From positions 29,886,001 through 29,950,000 of the forward strand of contig NC_086097.1 in the NCBI RefSeq assembly GCF_963921235.1: 64,000 nt of DNA, read 5' to 3'. The notes beneath the pieces are model-generated. The model ran no database searches. It was not told the DNA's origin and was given only the letters and a program-made list of their open reading frames with translations. How positions within the stretch are numbered: position 1 is the first letter of the stretch; each line of letters opens with the position of its first letter. This DNA comes from Mobula hypostoma (taxonomy: Eukaryota). Both the position numbers and the translations under genes were made by a program. Shown here in pieces: positions 40,199 through 52,012 of the stretch.

Positions 40199-41950
40199 TG
40201 TGATAGAGAGGAGTCAATAACACACACACGCACACTGTCTTGACATTCTGCTTTCATTGCACTGAATGTGCGCACTTCAGAATCTTTCCCTGGTATATTA
40301 TAACGGGTTGGCTTTATGGCTTTTCCACCATACATGGTGGAATTTTCCATTTCTTTAATAATGAGGATGTGTATATATTTGTGATGCCTCTTAGTCTTCA
40401 ATGTGTACCAGCAACCTTACAGCGGTTGATGGACTGGGTGCTACAAGGCTACAAGAGCTGCAGTGCGACCTATCTAGATGACATGGTTGTCTACAGCCAG
40501 ACATGGTCAGAACACCTGGACCATCTGCGCAAGACCGTGGGGAATATTCATGTTGCCAGTCTCACCCTCAACCTACAAAAATGTGAGTGGGCAAAAAGGG
40601 AAACTTTGGCTACCAGTTGGGACATGGAAAGGTTTGAGCATAGATGAACAAAGTGAGAGCAATCGGCAACAGTCCTAAACCTCGCACCAAGAAGGAAGGG
40701 AAGATCTTCCTGGGCCTAGTAGGGTAGTATCATGTTCATTCTCCAATTCACCACTCTAGCTGCGCCTCTGACTAATCTGACTGGGAGATTTGTAAGCAAC
40801 CCAGTGACATGGACAATGAATGTAAAAACACTTTTCAAGCCTTTAAAATCTCACCTATTCTTCAGAGCCTGGACTTTGCCAGGTGGATCTCTCAGGAGAA
40901 GGCTTTGGAGCAGTTCTGGCACAAGGAGAACCTGGAGAAGAGTGACCTGTCCTTTACGTAAGCCGAAAGCTTCTCCCTAGTGAAATCTGGTATTCCACCA
41001 CTGAAAAGGAGTGTCTAGCCATTAAGTGGATCCTTGACAACCTCCGGTACTACCTCCTAGGCTGGGAGTTTGACCTTTACGCAGATCACAAAGTGTTGAC
41101 ATGGATTCAGACAATGATGCCAGAGTAACACAGTGGTACCTGGAGCTCCAACCCTTCAAATTCTGCGTTCAATCTTAAGTAGGAAAAGAAAATGTTACTG
41201 CAGATGACCTGTCTCGACTGTTGAACATTATCGCCACACGAGAGGAGGGTGGTAATGTGATGGAGAGCACTCGTCAAGGCACTCTATACACATGCGCATT
41301 TACACGCACTTAACCCACACACAAATATTGCCTTGGCATTCCACTGTCGTTGTGCTTGAGTGTGTACATTTCAACGTCTTCCCTGGTATATTCTTATAAT
41401 GGATTGGCTTTCTGCTTCCTTTGCCACCATATATGGTGGAATATTTCATTTCTTCAGTAACGGGGATGTGTAAATGTGTATATATCAAATGTTTCCATTT
41501 ATTATCTGAGAATGTGTACAGTATACAATCTGAAATACTTCTCTTCACAGACAAATATTCTTTGTATTTTGTATTTAATGTAGATACTAATGTTTATTTT
41601 GTAATGTGATTGTAACTACATTGTGGGGTGCATCAAACTCTGTGTAGTCTGAAGTTATCTTTGTTGATAATTAAGGATGGTATGTCATGGTGCCGAGAAA
41701 ATGTGGCAGTTCGCTCTCAGTCACAGGGGGGAGAAATAGAGATGCCAGGAGGTCACACTGGTCAGTTATAAGTACAGCCTAATGCTGTGTTTTCTGGTAG
41801 ATAACTTTTTGTGAACATTGACAGATTTATTTTCGTTATTTTCACTAAGTTTTGTATTTAGATTTTTTGGCACATTGAATAAACATGCTTGCACGCAAGT
41901 GCTAAACAACTCCAGTCATCTTTTTTCGGTGAAATCCCACATTAGTAACA
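40199..41950 (+). mobile_element. Old Ty3/Gypsy LTR retrotransposon remnant: partial 5' LTR, RT-RNase H fragment, PPT, 3' LTR (41256-41950)
   Basis: PATLQRLMD, YLDDMVVYS, YSTTEKECLAIKW; purine tract gagaggagggtgg before TGTGA at 41256; 40199-40380 resembles the 3' LTR start; flanks CATC / CATT. Confidence 0.75.
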
Positions 41951-41989
41951 CATTCCCTAATTGACTTAATAGGGAACATGCTAGGATAT

Positions 41990-43550
41990 TCAACATTAGC
42001 TACATGGTCTTGGTCTGTAGTCACATATAATACCAGGCCAGGTAAGGATGCATCTCTGAAGGATGTGAGTGAACTAAGTGGGTTTCAGCTACTATTGTCA
42101 TCATCATTACTAATAACTACATACACTACATACAGTGCCTATAAAAATTATTCACCGACGCGCCCCCCCCCGGACATTTTCATGTTTTATTGTTTTGCAA
42201 CATTGAATCACAGTGGATTTAATTTGGCTTTTTTTGACACTGTTCAACAGGAAAAGACACTCATGTCAAAGTGAAAACAGATCTCTACAAAGTGATCTAA
42301 ATTAATTACAGTTGTAAAATACAAAATAATTGATTGCGTAAGTATATACTCCCTTCAAGTCTGTATTTAATAGATGCACCTTTGGTAGCAATTACAGCCT
42401 TGTCTGTGTGGATCGGTCTCTTGTCAGCTTTGCACATCTGGACACTGCAATTTTTCCCCCATTCTTCTGTACAAAACTGCTCAGCCTCTGTCAGATTGTA
42501 TGAACAAACCTTTTCAAGTCCAGCCACAAATTCTCAATTAGATTTTGGTCTGGACTCTGACTTGGCCACTCCAGGACAATAACTGTTGTTTTAAGCCATT
42601 CCTGTGTAGCTTTGGCTTTATGCTTGGGGTCACTGTCTTTCTGAAAAATAGATCTTCTCCCAGGTCACAATTCTTTTGCAGACTGCATCAGGTTTTCCTC
42701 CAGGATTTCCCTGTATTTTGCTGCATTTATGCTACTCTAGCTGAGATTTCATGCAAGTCTTTTTCAACAGTGGGTTTCTCATTGCCACCCTCCACATAAA
42801 GCTGCGATTGGTGAAGCACCTGAGCAACAGTTGTTGTATGTGCAGTCTCTCCCATCTCAGCCACTGAAGCTTGTAACTGCTCCAGAGTTGTCATAGGTCT
42901 CCTGGTGGCCTCCCTCACTAGTCCCCTTCTTGCACAGTCACTCAGTTTTTGAGGACGGCCTGCTCTAGGCAGATTTACAGCTGTGCCATATTCTCTCCAT
43001 TTCTCAATAACTATACTCCAGGGGATATTCAGTGACTTGGAAATTTTCTTGGCTGCATTTCCTGACATGCTTTTTAATAACCTTTTTGCGGAGTTGTTTG
43101 GAGTGTTCTTTTATCTTGATGGTGTAATTTTTGCCAGGATACTGACTCACTGGCAGTTGGACCTTCCAGACACAGGTGTATTTCTACTGCAGTCAATTGT
43201 AACACCTTGACTGCACACAGATCTCCATTTAACTAATTATGTGACTTCTAAAACCAAGTGTCATATTAAAGGGGGTGAATATTTATGCAATCAATTATTT
43301 TGTGTGTTATATTTGTAATTAATTTAGATCACTTTGTGGAGATCTGTTTTCACTTTGACATGAGTCTTTTTCTGTTCATCGTGTCAAAAAGACAAATTAA
43401 ATCCACTGTGAATCAATGTAGTAAAACAATAAAACATGAAAACTTCCGGGGGGGGGGAGTGAATACTTTCTATAGGCACTGCAAATAATTGAATTTAAAT
43501 TCCACTGTGAGCATGGTGGTGTTTCAACTCACAACCTGGAACACCAGTCC
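41990..43550 (-). mobile_element. Deu-domain (SacSINE1-like) SINE split by the Tc1 element
   Basis: - strand has tRNA-like head then aaacccacttagttcact...ccttacctggcctgg...tgtgactacagacc, resembling the DeuSINE central domain from memory. Confidence 0.5.
42133..43481 (-). mobile_element. Tc1-family DNA transposon with long (~220 bp) TIRs, decayed transposase
   Basis: TA|cagtgcctata...tataggcactg|ca ends; KKISKSLNIPWS...NLPRAGRPQKLS...LVREATRRPMTTLEQLQAS paired-like HTH. Confidence 0.9.
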
Positions 43551-44089
43551 CCGCCTAATATCTCACCTTGTGGTTTTTGCTTTTTTTGTATTGGTGTTTC
43601 TGTTTATTGTTGCCACATGTACCGGGGTACATGGTAGCCTGATATGGAATCACCAGTGGCCAAGAATGGAAAACTCTACAGAAGATGGTGGAGACAGCCC
43701 AGTCCATTACGCAAAGCCCTCCCCACCATTGAGCTCATCTACAAGGAGCATTGCCACAAGAAAGCAGCATCCACCATCCAGTCCACACTCTCTTCTTGCT
43801 ACTACCATCAGGTAGAAGATACAAGAGCTTTAGGTCCCACACTACCAGGTTTAGAGGCAGTTATTACTCTACAACCACTAGGCTTCTGGACTGGCATGGA
43901 TAACTTCACTTACCAGACCTCTGAGCTAATTCCATAACTTACAGACTAATTTTCAAGGACTCTGCAACTCGTGTTCCCCGTATTATTTATTTTTTATCTG
44001 CATGATTTGTCTTCTTTTGCACAATGGTCGTTTGCCACTCTTTATAGTTTTTCTTAAATTCTATTGTATTTCTTTATTTTCCTGTAAAT

Positions 44090-44765
44090 CAGCAGGGAGG
44101 AGAAGAAGATGGCGGCCTCTCCGGTGAATGATATCTGTTATCTGTCAAGTAGGGCACTGTGCACAATCCTGATTTGATGGAGACAGACGTGAGAATACGG
44201 AGGAACATCTGGAGAAACTTCTGAAGTGCCCGCTTCGCTGCCACTGCTACTGTGTGGTAACCGGAATCTCCGGAGCAGAAGGCCCCGAATCCTTGGCTTC
44301 GCTTGTTTCGGCAGCCAGGGCGAGGTTGAAGGCGCTCGGCAGAGGACGGCGCTCGGGAGGCTGTATTGGAGGGGCTGGGTCGGAAGCTCGGAGTTTTCGG
44401 TCGAATGGGCTCAGTGTCAGCTGTGGTCGGCTGCTTCCAATGCGTCGGCAGTTGTTGGTGTCTGGAGGTTTATGGCAGGGAGTTTCTCCCTTTTGCCACC
44501 TGCTATCGGGGACTTGGGAGTCGATCGGGACTTGAGACTTTTTTTTACCGTGCCCATGGTCTGTTCTTTATCAGATTATGGTATTGCTTTGCACTGCTGT
44601 AACTTTATGTTATAATTATGTGGTTCCGTCAGTGTTAGTCTTTGGTTTGTCCTGTTTTCTATGATATATCTCTGGAGGAACATTGTATCATTTCTTAATG
44701 CATGTATGCATTTCTAAATGATAATAAAAGAGAACTGAGTATTCTCATAATCTAATCTAATCTAA
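44090..44765 (+). mobile_element. CpG-rich non-coding retroposon-like insert (possible non-autonomous LINE derivative)
   Basis: Starts near aagatggcg, ends in a (TCTAA)n tail, interrupts another repeat at cctgtaaat|gcctgcaag. Confidence 0.6.
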
Positions 44766-45450
44766 ATGCCTGCAAGAAAATGAATCTCAAGGTAGCATAT
44801 GGTGATGTATGTATACGTACTTTGATAACAAATGATACTTTGATACAGTGAATAGTTTTATAACGGCGGGATAGAAGCTGTCCTTGAGCCTGGCGATGTA
44901 TGCTTTCAGACTTTTGTATCTTCTGCCCGATGGGAGATGCTGAATCTGTGGAACTCATTGCCACAGTTTGCTGTGGAGGCCAAGTCTTTGAGTATATTTA
45001 AAGTGGACCTTGGTAGGTTCTTGATTGGTAAGGACATTGAAGGTTACAGGGAGAAGACAAGAGATTAGGGCTGAGAGGAATAATAAATCAGCCATGATGG
45101 AATAGTGGAACAGACTTAATAGGCCAAAAGGCCTAACTCTGCTTGTATGTCTTTTGATCTTATGCGGGGGGGGGGGTGGGAGAAAGAATATCCAGAGTAA
45201 GTAAAATCCAGTATTATTGTCAGATGCAATGAATGCATTGGAAATCTGCGTAGATATGACCATAGAACCTGTGTTTAGTATCCGGGATATTAAAATTTGA
45301 CTTTGTGAAGAGATTCAGGACAAGTAGAAGATATTTGAGCAGCTTTGTAAAAGCAGATACTGTGATGTTAAAAAGGAGAATGACCTATTTCTGCAGCTAA
45401 CATTGTGTGTGGAGGTACTGTATGCTGTTCTCAATACTCTCTGTTTTCAG

Positions 45451-45708
45451 GCTGATTGAGATCAACGGAAGGAGTGCACGGAATTGCTCTGTGGAATCTT
45501 TGGAGCAGATGCTTGGTGAAGCAGGCACTACCCAGATCTTGGTCCTGCGGAATGGGGAGAGGCAGCCCAGGAAGTTGGCAGAAGGTGCCTGCGCTCTGGA
45601 GTGCGCCCTCAAGGAGCTGACAGACCTGCAGTCTGACTTCTTCGCTACCAGTGTTGAGCTGTCAGCTCTCAGGAACGAGAAGGAGGAGATGTGGGCCGAG
45701 ATCCAAAA
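45451..45708 (+). CDS. Internal coding exon H, C-terminal part of PDZ-like domain plus start of coiled coil (RLIEINGRSARNCSVESLEQMLGEAGTTQILVLR...ELSALRNEKEEMWAEIQ)
   Basis: Acceptor ctctctgttttcag, donor AA|gtaagt; 258 nt, phase 2 to 2; GDRLIEING matches the PDZ GD-x-I-x-x-[VI]-NG motif. Confidence 0.85.
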
Positions 45709-45804
45709 GTAAGTGTCACCCTGATAACTCCGTTCACCACAACTCCCTTCTTCCTGCTTCTCCACACCCTCATGATTAAACTGCCTCTGTAAACTCCCTC
45801 TACT

Positions 45805-46155
45805 CCATCCCAGCACACACTCCCAGGGTTAGATAGAGTTCAACACACTCTACGTTGTCCCATCACACACTCTCGGGGTCAGATATAGTAAATCTCATTC
45901 TACACTGCCCCATCACACACTCCCAGGTAAAGTAAAGCTCACTCGACAATGTCCCATCAAACACTCCCAGAGTTAGATAGAGTTAAACACATTCTATGCT
46001 GTCCCATCACATTCTCCCAAGGCTAGGTAAAGTAAAACTCACTCTACACTGTCCCATCACACAGTCCCAGGGTTAGGTAAAGTAGAACTTGCTCTTCATT
46101 GTCCCATCACACACTCCTAGGGTTAGATAGAGTTAAGTTCACTCTACACTGTCCT
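45805..46155. repeat. ~49 bp minisatellite, about 7 copies
   Basis: Unit ~cccatcacacactcccagggttagatagagttaaactcactctacactgt. Confidence 0.85.
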
Positions 46156-46189
46156 ACCATGCACTCCTACCAGCCCAGTGAATTATGGG

Positions 46190-46730
46190 ATCCAACAAGA
46201 GAAAATCCAGCTATCACCCCCTGACATTCTAAGCCATAACCATCACTGAATCCCACACTGTCAGTATTATGGGGTTACCACTGACAGAAGCTGAACTGAA
46301 GTAGTTTCATAGGCAGTGACACCATGCAGGAAATAGCAGCCCACTTGACAGGACTCCATCCACAACCATTCACTCACTCCACCACCACGACACAGTTTGT
46401 ACCATCTTCAGGACTCACCTCAGTAACTCACCGGGACTCCTCAGACAGCACCTTCCAAACCCACCAACCCTACCACCTAGAGGGACAGGAGCAGCATTAG
46501 CACGGGTACCCCATTCCCTGGAAGTCACCCACCAAGCCACATACCACCCTGACTTGGAAATACATCGCCATCCCTTTCCCACTGGGTTAAACTATCTCCA
46601 GAACAATATAGTGGGTTTACCCACACCTCAGGGACACTGGTGGCTCAAAGAGGCAACTCGCCACCACCTTCTCAAGGGCAGCTGGAGATGGGTAATTAAG
46701 GCCTGGCTCAGCATGTTAAGCCCACGTCCT
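46190..46730 (+). mobile_element. Ancient non-LTR retroelement 3' end
   Basis: caccttccaaaccc...ctgacttggaaatacatcgcc...caccaccttctcaagggca resembles an old CR1/L2-like 3' end from memory. Confidence 0.45.
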
Positions 46731-46826
46731 GTTACACATGAAAAAGTTTGTCTGATATCTTTTGGAGATCCATACGTGCCGAATTCATCATAAAGCCTTC
46801 AGTAATGCATCAAAGTAAAGTTTGTC

Positions 46827-49800
46827 GAACACGCATAAAGTCCTGTATTATTCCAGGATGTGGTGGTTCTACAACATATAGGATACCATTAACCCACAGA
46901 GGTAGACACTGTTGCCGAGCCTAGACCACCCAGTTGACTTCAAGATTAGCAGGTTAACTCCATCATCCGGTGTTGATGTGAGTGAGGGGTCATGGTTAGT
47001 TTTTACAATGGGGGAGCTCAGTCCAGCCCCCATCTCAGCAGTTAAGGACCCTGAGGTCCGGTTCCAAAACCTCACCTCTTGATGCTCCCTGTCCAGTTGT
47101 GGGAAAGCATCCTGATTGCTCCCCATAATATCCCAACATCACCCCTAGAGAATTCCTGCCCTCCACTGTCCAATAACTATCCACAGGCATCACTGGTTGT
47201 TCCTTTTATGGAGTCAGGGTTGTCCCAGAAACCCCGGGACACAGCCACTAGTCCTGCACTGGGGCAGGTAATGGAGGGGTGGGGTATATTCTTTACCTGT
47301 GAACTCTATGCCTACATCAGGGCAATATGTCACAGGCCCCACAGACCTCCTGTGACCTCTGCAAGCTACCCCAGCCCTGCAGCCCAGACTGAGAATCATG
47401 ACCTGAAACCTTGTGAAGATTAAAAATTAGTTTTATTTTTTCACATGTACATTGAAGCACACTGTGAAATGCATTTTTCGCATCAAATCAAATCAGCAAA
47501 GATGTGGTGGGGCAGTCCGCGCTTCCGGTACCAGCATAACGTGCCCACAACTCACGAACCCTATCCATACATCTTTAGAATATGGGGGGGAAAATCGGAG
47601 CACCCAGACAAAATCCACGTGGTCACAGAGAGAACATAGAAACTCCTTACAGAGAGTGGCTGGAATCAAACCCTGCTCTTACAACTGGTGCTGTGAAGTT
47701 TCACACCAATTGCTACATATGCAGCAAACTTCCAGGGCTGAGGTTTGAGGAAGAATCAGATGGATAGAACATAGAATAGAACAGGATGGTACAGGCACTT
47801 CAGATCACAATATTATGCTGAACTTTTAACCCTTCCCTCCTACATAGCCCTCCATATTTCTACCATCCTAGGGAAAAGTATCTGGCTGTCCACTCTATGC
47901 TTCTTATCATCTTGTACACCTCTGTCAAGCCTCTCTCTGCCTTGACTCCAAAGAGGAAAGTCCTAGTTTGCTCAGCCTATCCTCATAAGATATGCCTGTA
48001 AAGAAACAGCATGTTGGTAAGCCTCCTCTGCACCTTCTCTAAAGCTTCCACATCCTTCCTATAATGAGGCAACCAGAAGTTAACACAAGCGTGGTCTAAC
48101 CATGAGGCTGGGGAGCTGCAGCAATACTTCACCACATTTGAATTTAATCCCCCAACTAATGAAGGCCGATATGCCATATGCTTTCTTAACAACTCTATCA
48201 ACTTGCATGGACCCCAACTTTAATGGGCTCGATATAGGGAAGTTTGCCCAGACGGAGGAGTCCAGGATTTAAGGGGCAAAATCTCAAGATAAGGCTGGGA
48301 GCAACTTCTTCACTAAGGGACTTCTTCACTGGTGGGACAGCAGATATAAACCCAAAACTTCAAACCCAAGAATGAATAAAGGAACGGGTTTGTTTAGTCA
48401 CAGTGGACCTGACCAGAAACAAAGTCCCAGATACAGCTTGTGGCCATGGGCTTAGAAGTCACAGAGTCGTATAGCACGGAAGCAGCCCTTCAGCCCAGTG
48501 TGCTGTCCCTTGAGCTGGTCCCATATCCCTCTAAACCCCTCCTATCCATGTGCTTACCCAGGTGGCTTCTAAATGTTGTTGATGTGCCCGCCATGACATA
48601 GGTGGCACGGTAGCATAGCAGCTAGCGATATGCTTTACAGTGCCAGTGACCCTGGTTCAATTCCCAGTGCTGTCTGTAAGGAGTTTGTACATTCTCCCAG
48701 TGACCACATGGGCTTCCTTGGCGTGCTCCGTTTCCTTCCCATAATCCAAAGATGTACGACTTAGTAACTGTGGGCATGCTGTGTTGGTGCTGGAAGCATG
48801 GCTACATTTCCAGTTTACCCGGAATGTTTTGGCTGCTGACACAAAACAATGCATTTCACCTTATGTTTCAAAATACATGTGACAAATCAAGCTAACCATT
48901 ATCTTTACTTCTGGCTGCTTATTCCCAATACGCACCACCATTTGAGTTAAGAAGTTGCTCCTGATGTGCCCTTTAAATCTCTGGCCTCTGACATTAAACC
49001 TAGGCCCTCTTGTTTTAGGCACCCTCCCCCAAGGAAAAATAATATGTGCTTTCACAGCTTCTATACCCCTTGTGATCTTGTATATAAGACAAGACCATAA
49101 GACAAAGGAGCAGAAGTCAGCCATTCGGCCCATCGAGTCTGCACTGCCATTTTATCATGAGCTGATCCATTCTCCCATTTAGTCCTACTCCCCCGCCTTC
49201 TCACCACAACCTTTGATGCCCTGGCTACTCAGATACCTATCAATCTCTGCCTTAAATACACCCAGTGACTTGGCCTCCACTGCTGCCCGTGGCAACAAAT
49301 TCCATAGATTCACCATCCTCTGGCTAAAAAAAATTCTTCGCATTTCAGTTCTGAATGGGCGCCCTTCAATCCTTAAGTCATGCCCTCTCGTACTAGACTC
49401 CCCCATCATGGGAAGCAACTTTGCCACATCCACTCTGTCTGTGCCTTTCAACATTTGAAATGTTTCTATGAGGTCTCCCTTCATTCTTCTAAACTCCAAG
49501 AAATACAGTCCAAAAGCGGACAAACGTTCCTCATATGTTAACCCTCTCATTCCCAGAATCGTTCTAGTGAATCTTCTCTGTACCCTCTCCAATGTCAGCA
49601 CATCCTTTCTTAAATAAGGAGACCAAAACTGCCCACAGTACTCCAAGTGAGGTCTCATCAGCGCCTTATAGAGCCTCAACATCACATCCCTGCTCCTATA
49701 CTCTATTCCTCTAGAAATGAATGCCAACATTGCATTCGCCTTCTTCACCACCGATTCAACCTGGAGGTTAACCTTAAGGGTATCCTGTACGAGGACTCCC

Positions 49801-51285
49801 AAGTCCCGTTGCATCTCAGAACTTTGAATTCTTTCCCCATTTAAGTAATAGTCTGCCCGTTTATTTCTTCCACCAAAGTGCATAACCATACACTTTCCAA
49901 CATTGTATTTCATTTGCCACTTCTTTGCCCATTATTCCAATCTATCCAAGTCTCTCTGCAGACTCTCCGTTTCCTCAGCACTACCAGCATGTTGCAGCTA
50001 TCTAGCCTCCTGATTAGACCACGCTTGTGTTCACTTCTGATCGCCTCATTATAGGAAGGATGTGGAAGTTTTAGAGAAGGTGCAGTGGAGGCTTACCAAT
50101 ACGCTGTTTCTTTACAGGCACATCTTATGAGGATAGGTTGAGCAAGCTAGGACTTTTCTCTTTGTAGTCAAGGCGGAGAGAGGCTTGACAGAGGTGTACA
50201 AGATGATAAGAAGCATAGAGTGGACAGCCAGATACTTCTCCCCAGGATGATAGAAATATGGAGGGCTATGTAGGAGGGAAGGGTTAAAAGTTCAGCATAA
50301 TATTGTGATCTGAAGTGCCTGTACCGTCCTGTTCTATTCTATGTTCTATCCATCTGATTCTTCCTCAAACCTCAGCCCTGGAAGTTTGCTGCATATGTAG
50401 CGATTGGTGTGAAACTTCACAGCACCAGTTGTAAGAGCAGGGTTTGATTCCAGCCACTCTCTGTAAGGAGTTTGTATGTTCTCTCTGTGACCACGTGGAT
50501 TTTGTCTGGGTGCTCCGATTTTCCCCCCATATTCTAAAGATGTACGGATAGGGTTCGTGAGTTGTGGGCACGTTATGCTGGTACCAGAAGCGCGGACTGC
50601 CCCACCACATCTTTGCTGATTTGATTTGATGCGAAGAATGCATTTCACAGTGTACTTCAATGTACATGTGAAAAAATAAAACTAATTTTTAATCTTCACA
50701 AGGTTTCAGGTCATGATTCTCAGTCTGGGCTGCAGGGCTGGGGTAGCTTGCAGAGGTCACAGGAGGTCTGTGGGGCCTGTGACATATTGCCCTGATGTAG
50801 GCATAGAGTTCACAGGTAAAGAATATACCCCACCCCTCCATTACCTGCCCCAGTGCAGGACTAGTGGCTGTGTCCCGGGGTTTCTGGGACAACCCTGACT
50901 CCATAAAAGGAACAACCAGTGATGCCTGTGGATAGTTATTGGACAGTGGAGGGCAGGAATTCTCTAGGGGTGATGTTGGGATATTATGGGGAGCAATCAG
51001 GATGCTTTCCCACAACTGGACAGGGAGCATCAAGAGGTGAGGTTTTGGAACCGGACCTCAGGGTCCTTAACTGCTGAGATGGGGGCTGGACTGAGCTCCC
51101 CCATTGTAAAAACTAACCATGACCCCTCACTCACATCAACACCGGATGATGGAGTTAACCTGCTAATCTTGAAGTCAACTGGGTGGTCTAGGCTCGGCAA
51201 CAGTGTCTACCTCTGTGGGTTAATGGTATCCTATATGTTGTAGAACCACCACATCCTGGAATAATACAGGACTTTATGCGTGTTC
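46827..51285. repeat. Long inverted repeat: ~1.3 kb arms at 46827-~48123 and 49989-51285, spacer ~1.87 kb
   Basis: Mirror ORFs with identical translations whose coordinates sum to 98112; arm ends gaacacgcataaagt / actttatgcgtgttc. Confidence 0.97.
49090..49988 (-). mobile_element. CR1 LINE 3' fragment (~900 bp) with open 242 aa ORF2 C-terminus
   Basis: ORF 49185-49913 MKYNVGKCMVMHFG...RPHLEYC...; tail tcttatggtcttgtctt at ~49086-49102. Confidence 0.95.
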
Positions 51286-51704
51286 AGATCAGCCCTCAAT
51301 CTCCTACATTCCAAGTAAAGAAGGTTCTAGTCTTCACAACCTCTCCTGTAACACAGGCTCTCAAGTTGTGGTAGCCTCCTGGTAAATTTCTTCTGCACCC
51401 TGCTTAGTTTAATGAGCAAAACTCACAACAAGCTGGAGGAATTTGCCAAGTCAACAGTGACTATGGAGGGATAAAGGTTCAAAGGTTCATTTATTATCAA
51501 AGTATACAACTGGGAAATCCTTCAATTATCCGCATAGCCGTGAAACCAAGACAGAAAAGAAAGGCAGCTTGATCATCAACCCCTAAATCCCACCTCCCTG
51601 CAAAAAAAAAACAAACAAAACAGATCAGGCATGTCAACCCCCAAATCCCCCCTCCTGTACAAAATCAATCAAAATGGATCAAGTACATTGACCCCCAATT
51701 AATA

Positions 51705-52012
51705 GTAATAGGCATCCGTTTGTCTCATGAGACCATGGATTTGCGCCTTGGAAGGTTTCCAGGACGCAGGCCTGGGCAAGGTTGTATGGAAGACCAGCAG
51801 TTGCCCATGCTGCAAGTCTCCCCTCTCCATGCACCGATGTTGTTCAAGGGAAGGGCATTAGGACCCATACAGCTTTGCACCAGTGTCGTCGCAGAGCAAT
51901 GTGTGATTAAGTGCCTTGCTCAAGGACACATACGCTGCCTCAGCCAAGGCTGGAACTAGCGACCTTCAAATCACTAGATGAACGCCTTAACCACTTGGCC
52001 ATGTGCCAACAC
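51705..52012 (-). mobile_element. tRNA-derived SINE (second family); + strand copy at ~59468-59775, 3' remnant at ~12128-12168
   Basis: A box tggccaagtgg, B box gttcgagcc (clear in the 59.5 kb copy), shared tail ccaaggcgcaaatccatggtctca.gagac..acggatgcc. Confidence 0.8.

Noticed and set aside
46869..51243. Pairs of identical ORFs on opposite strands suggesting duplicated genes
   Set aside because: A by-product of the inverted duplication; the peptides have no recognisable motifs or splice support.
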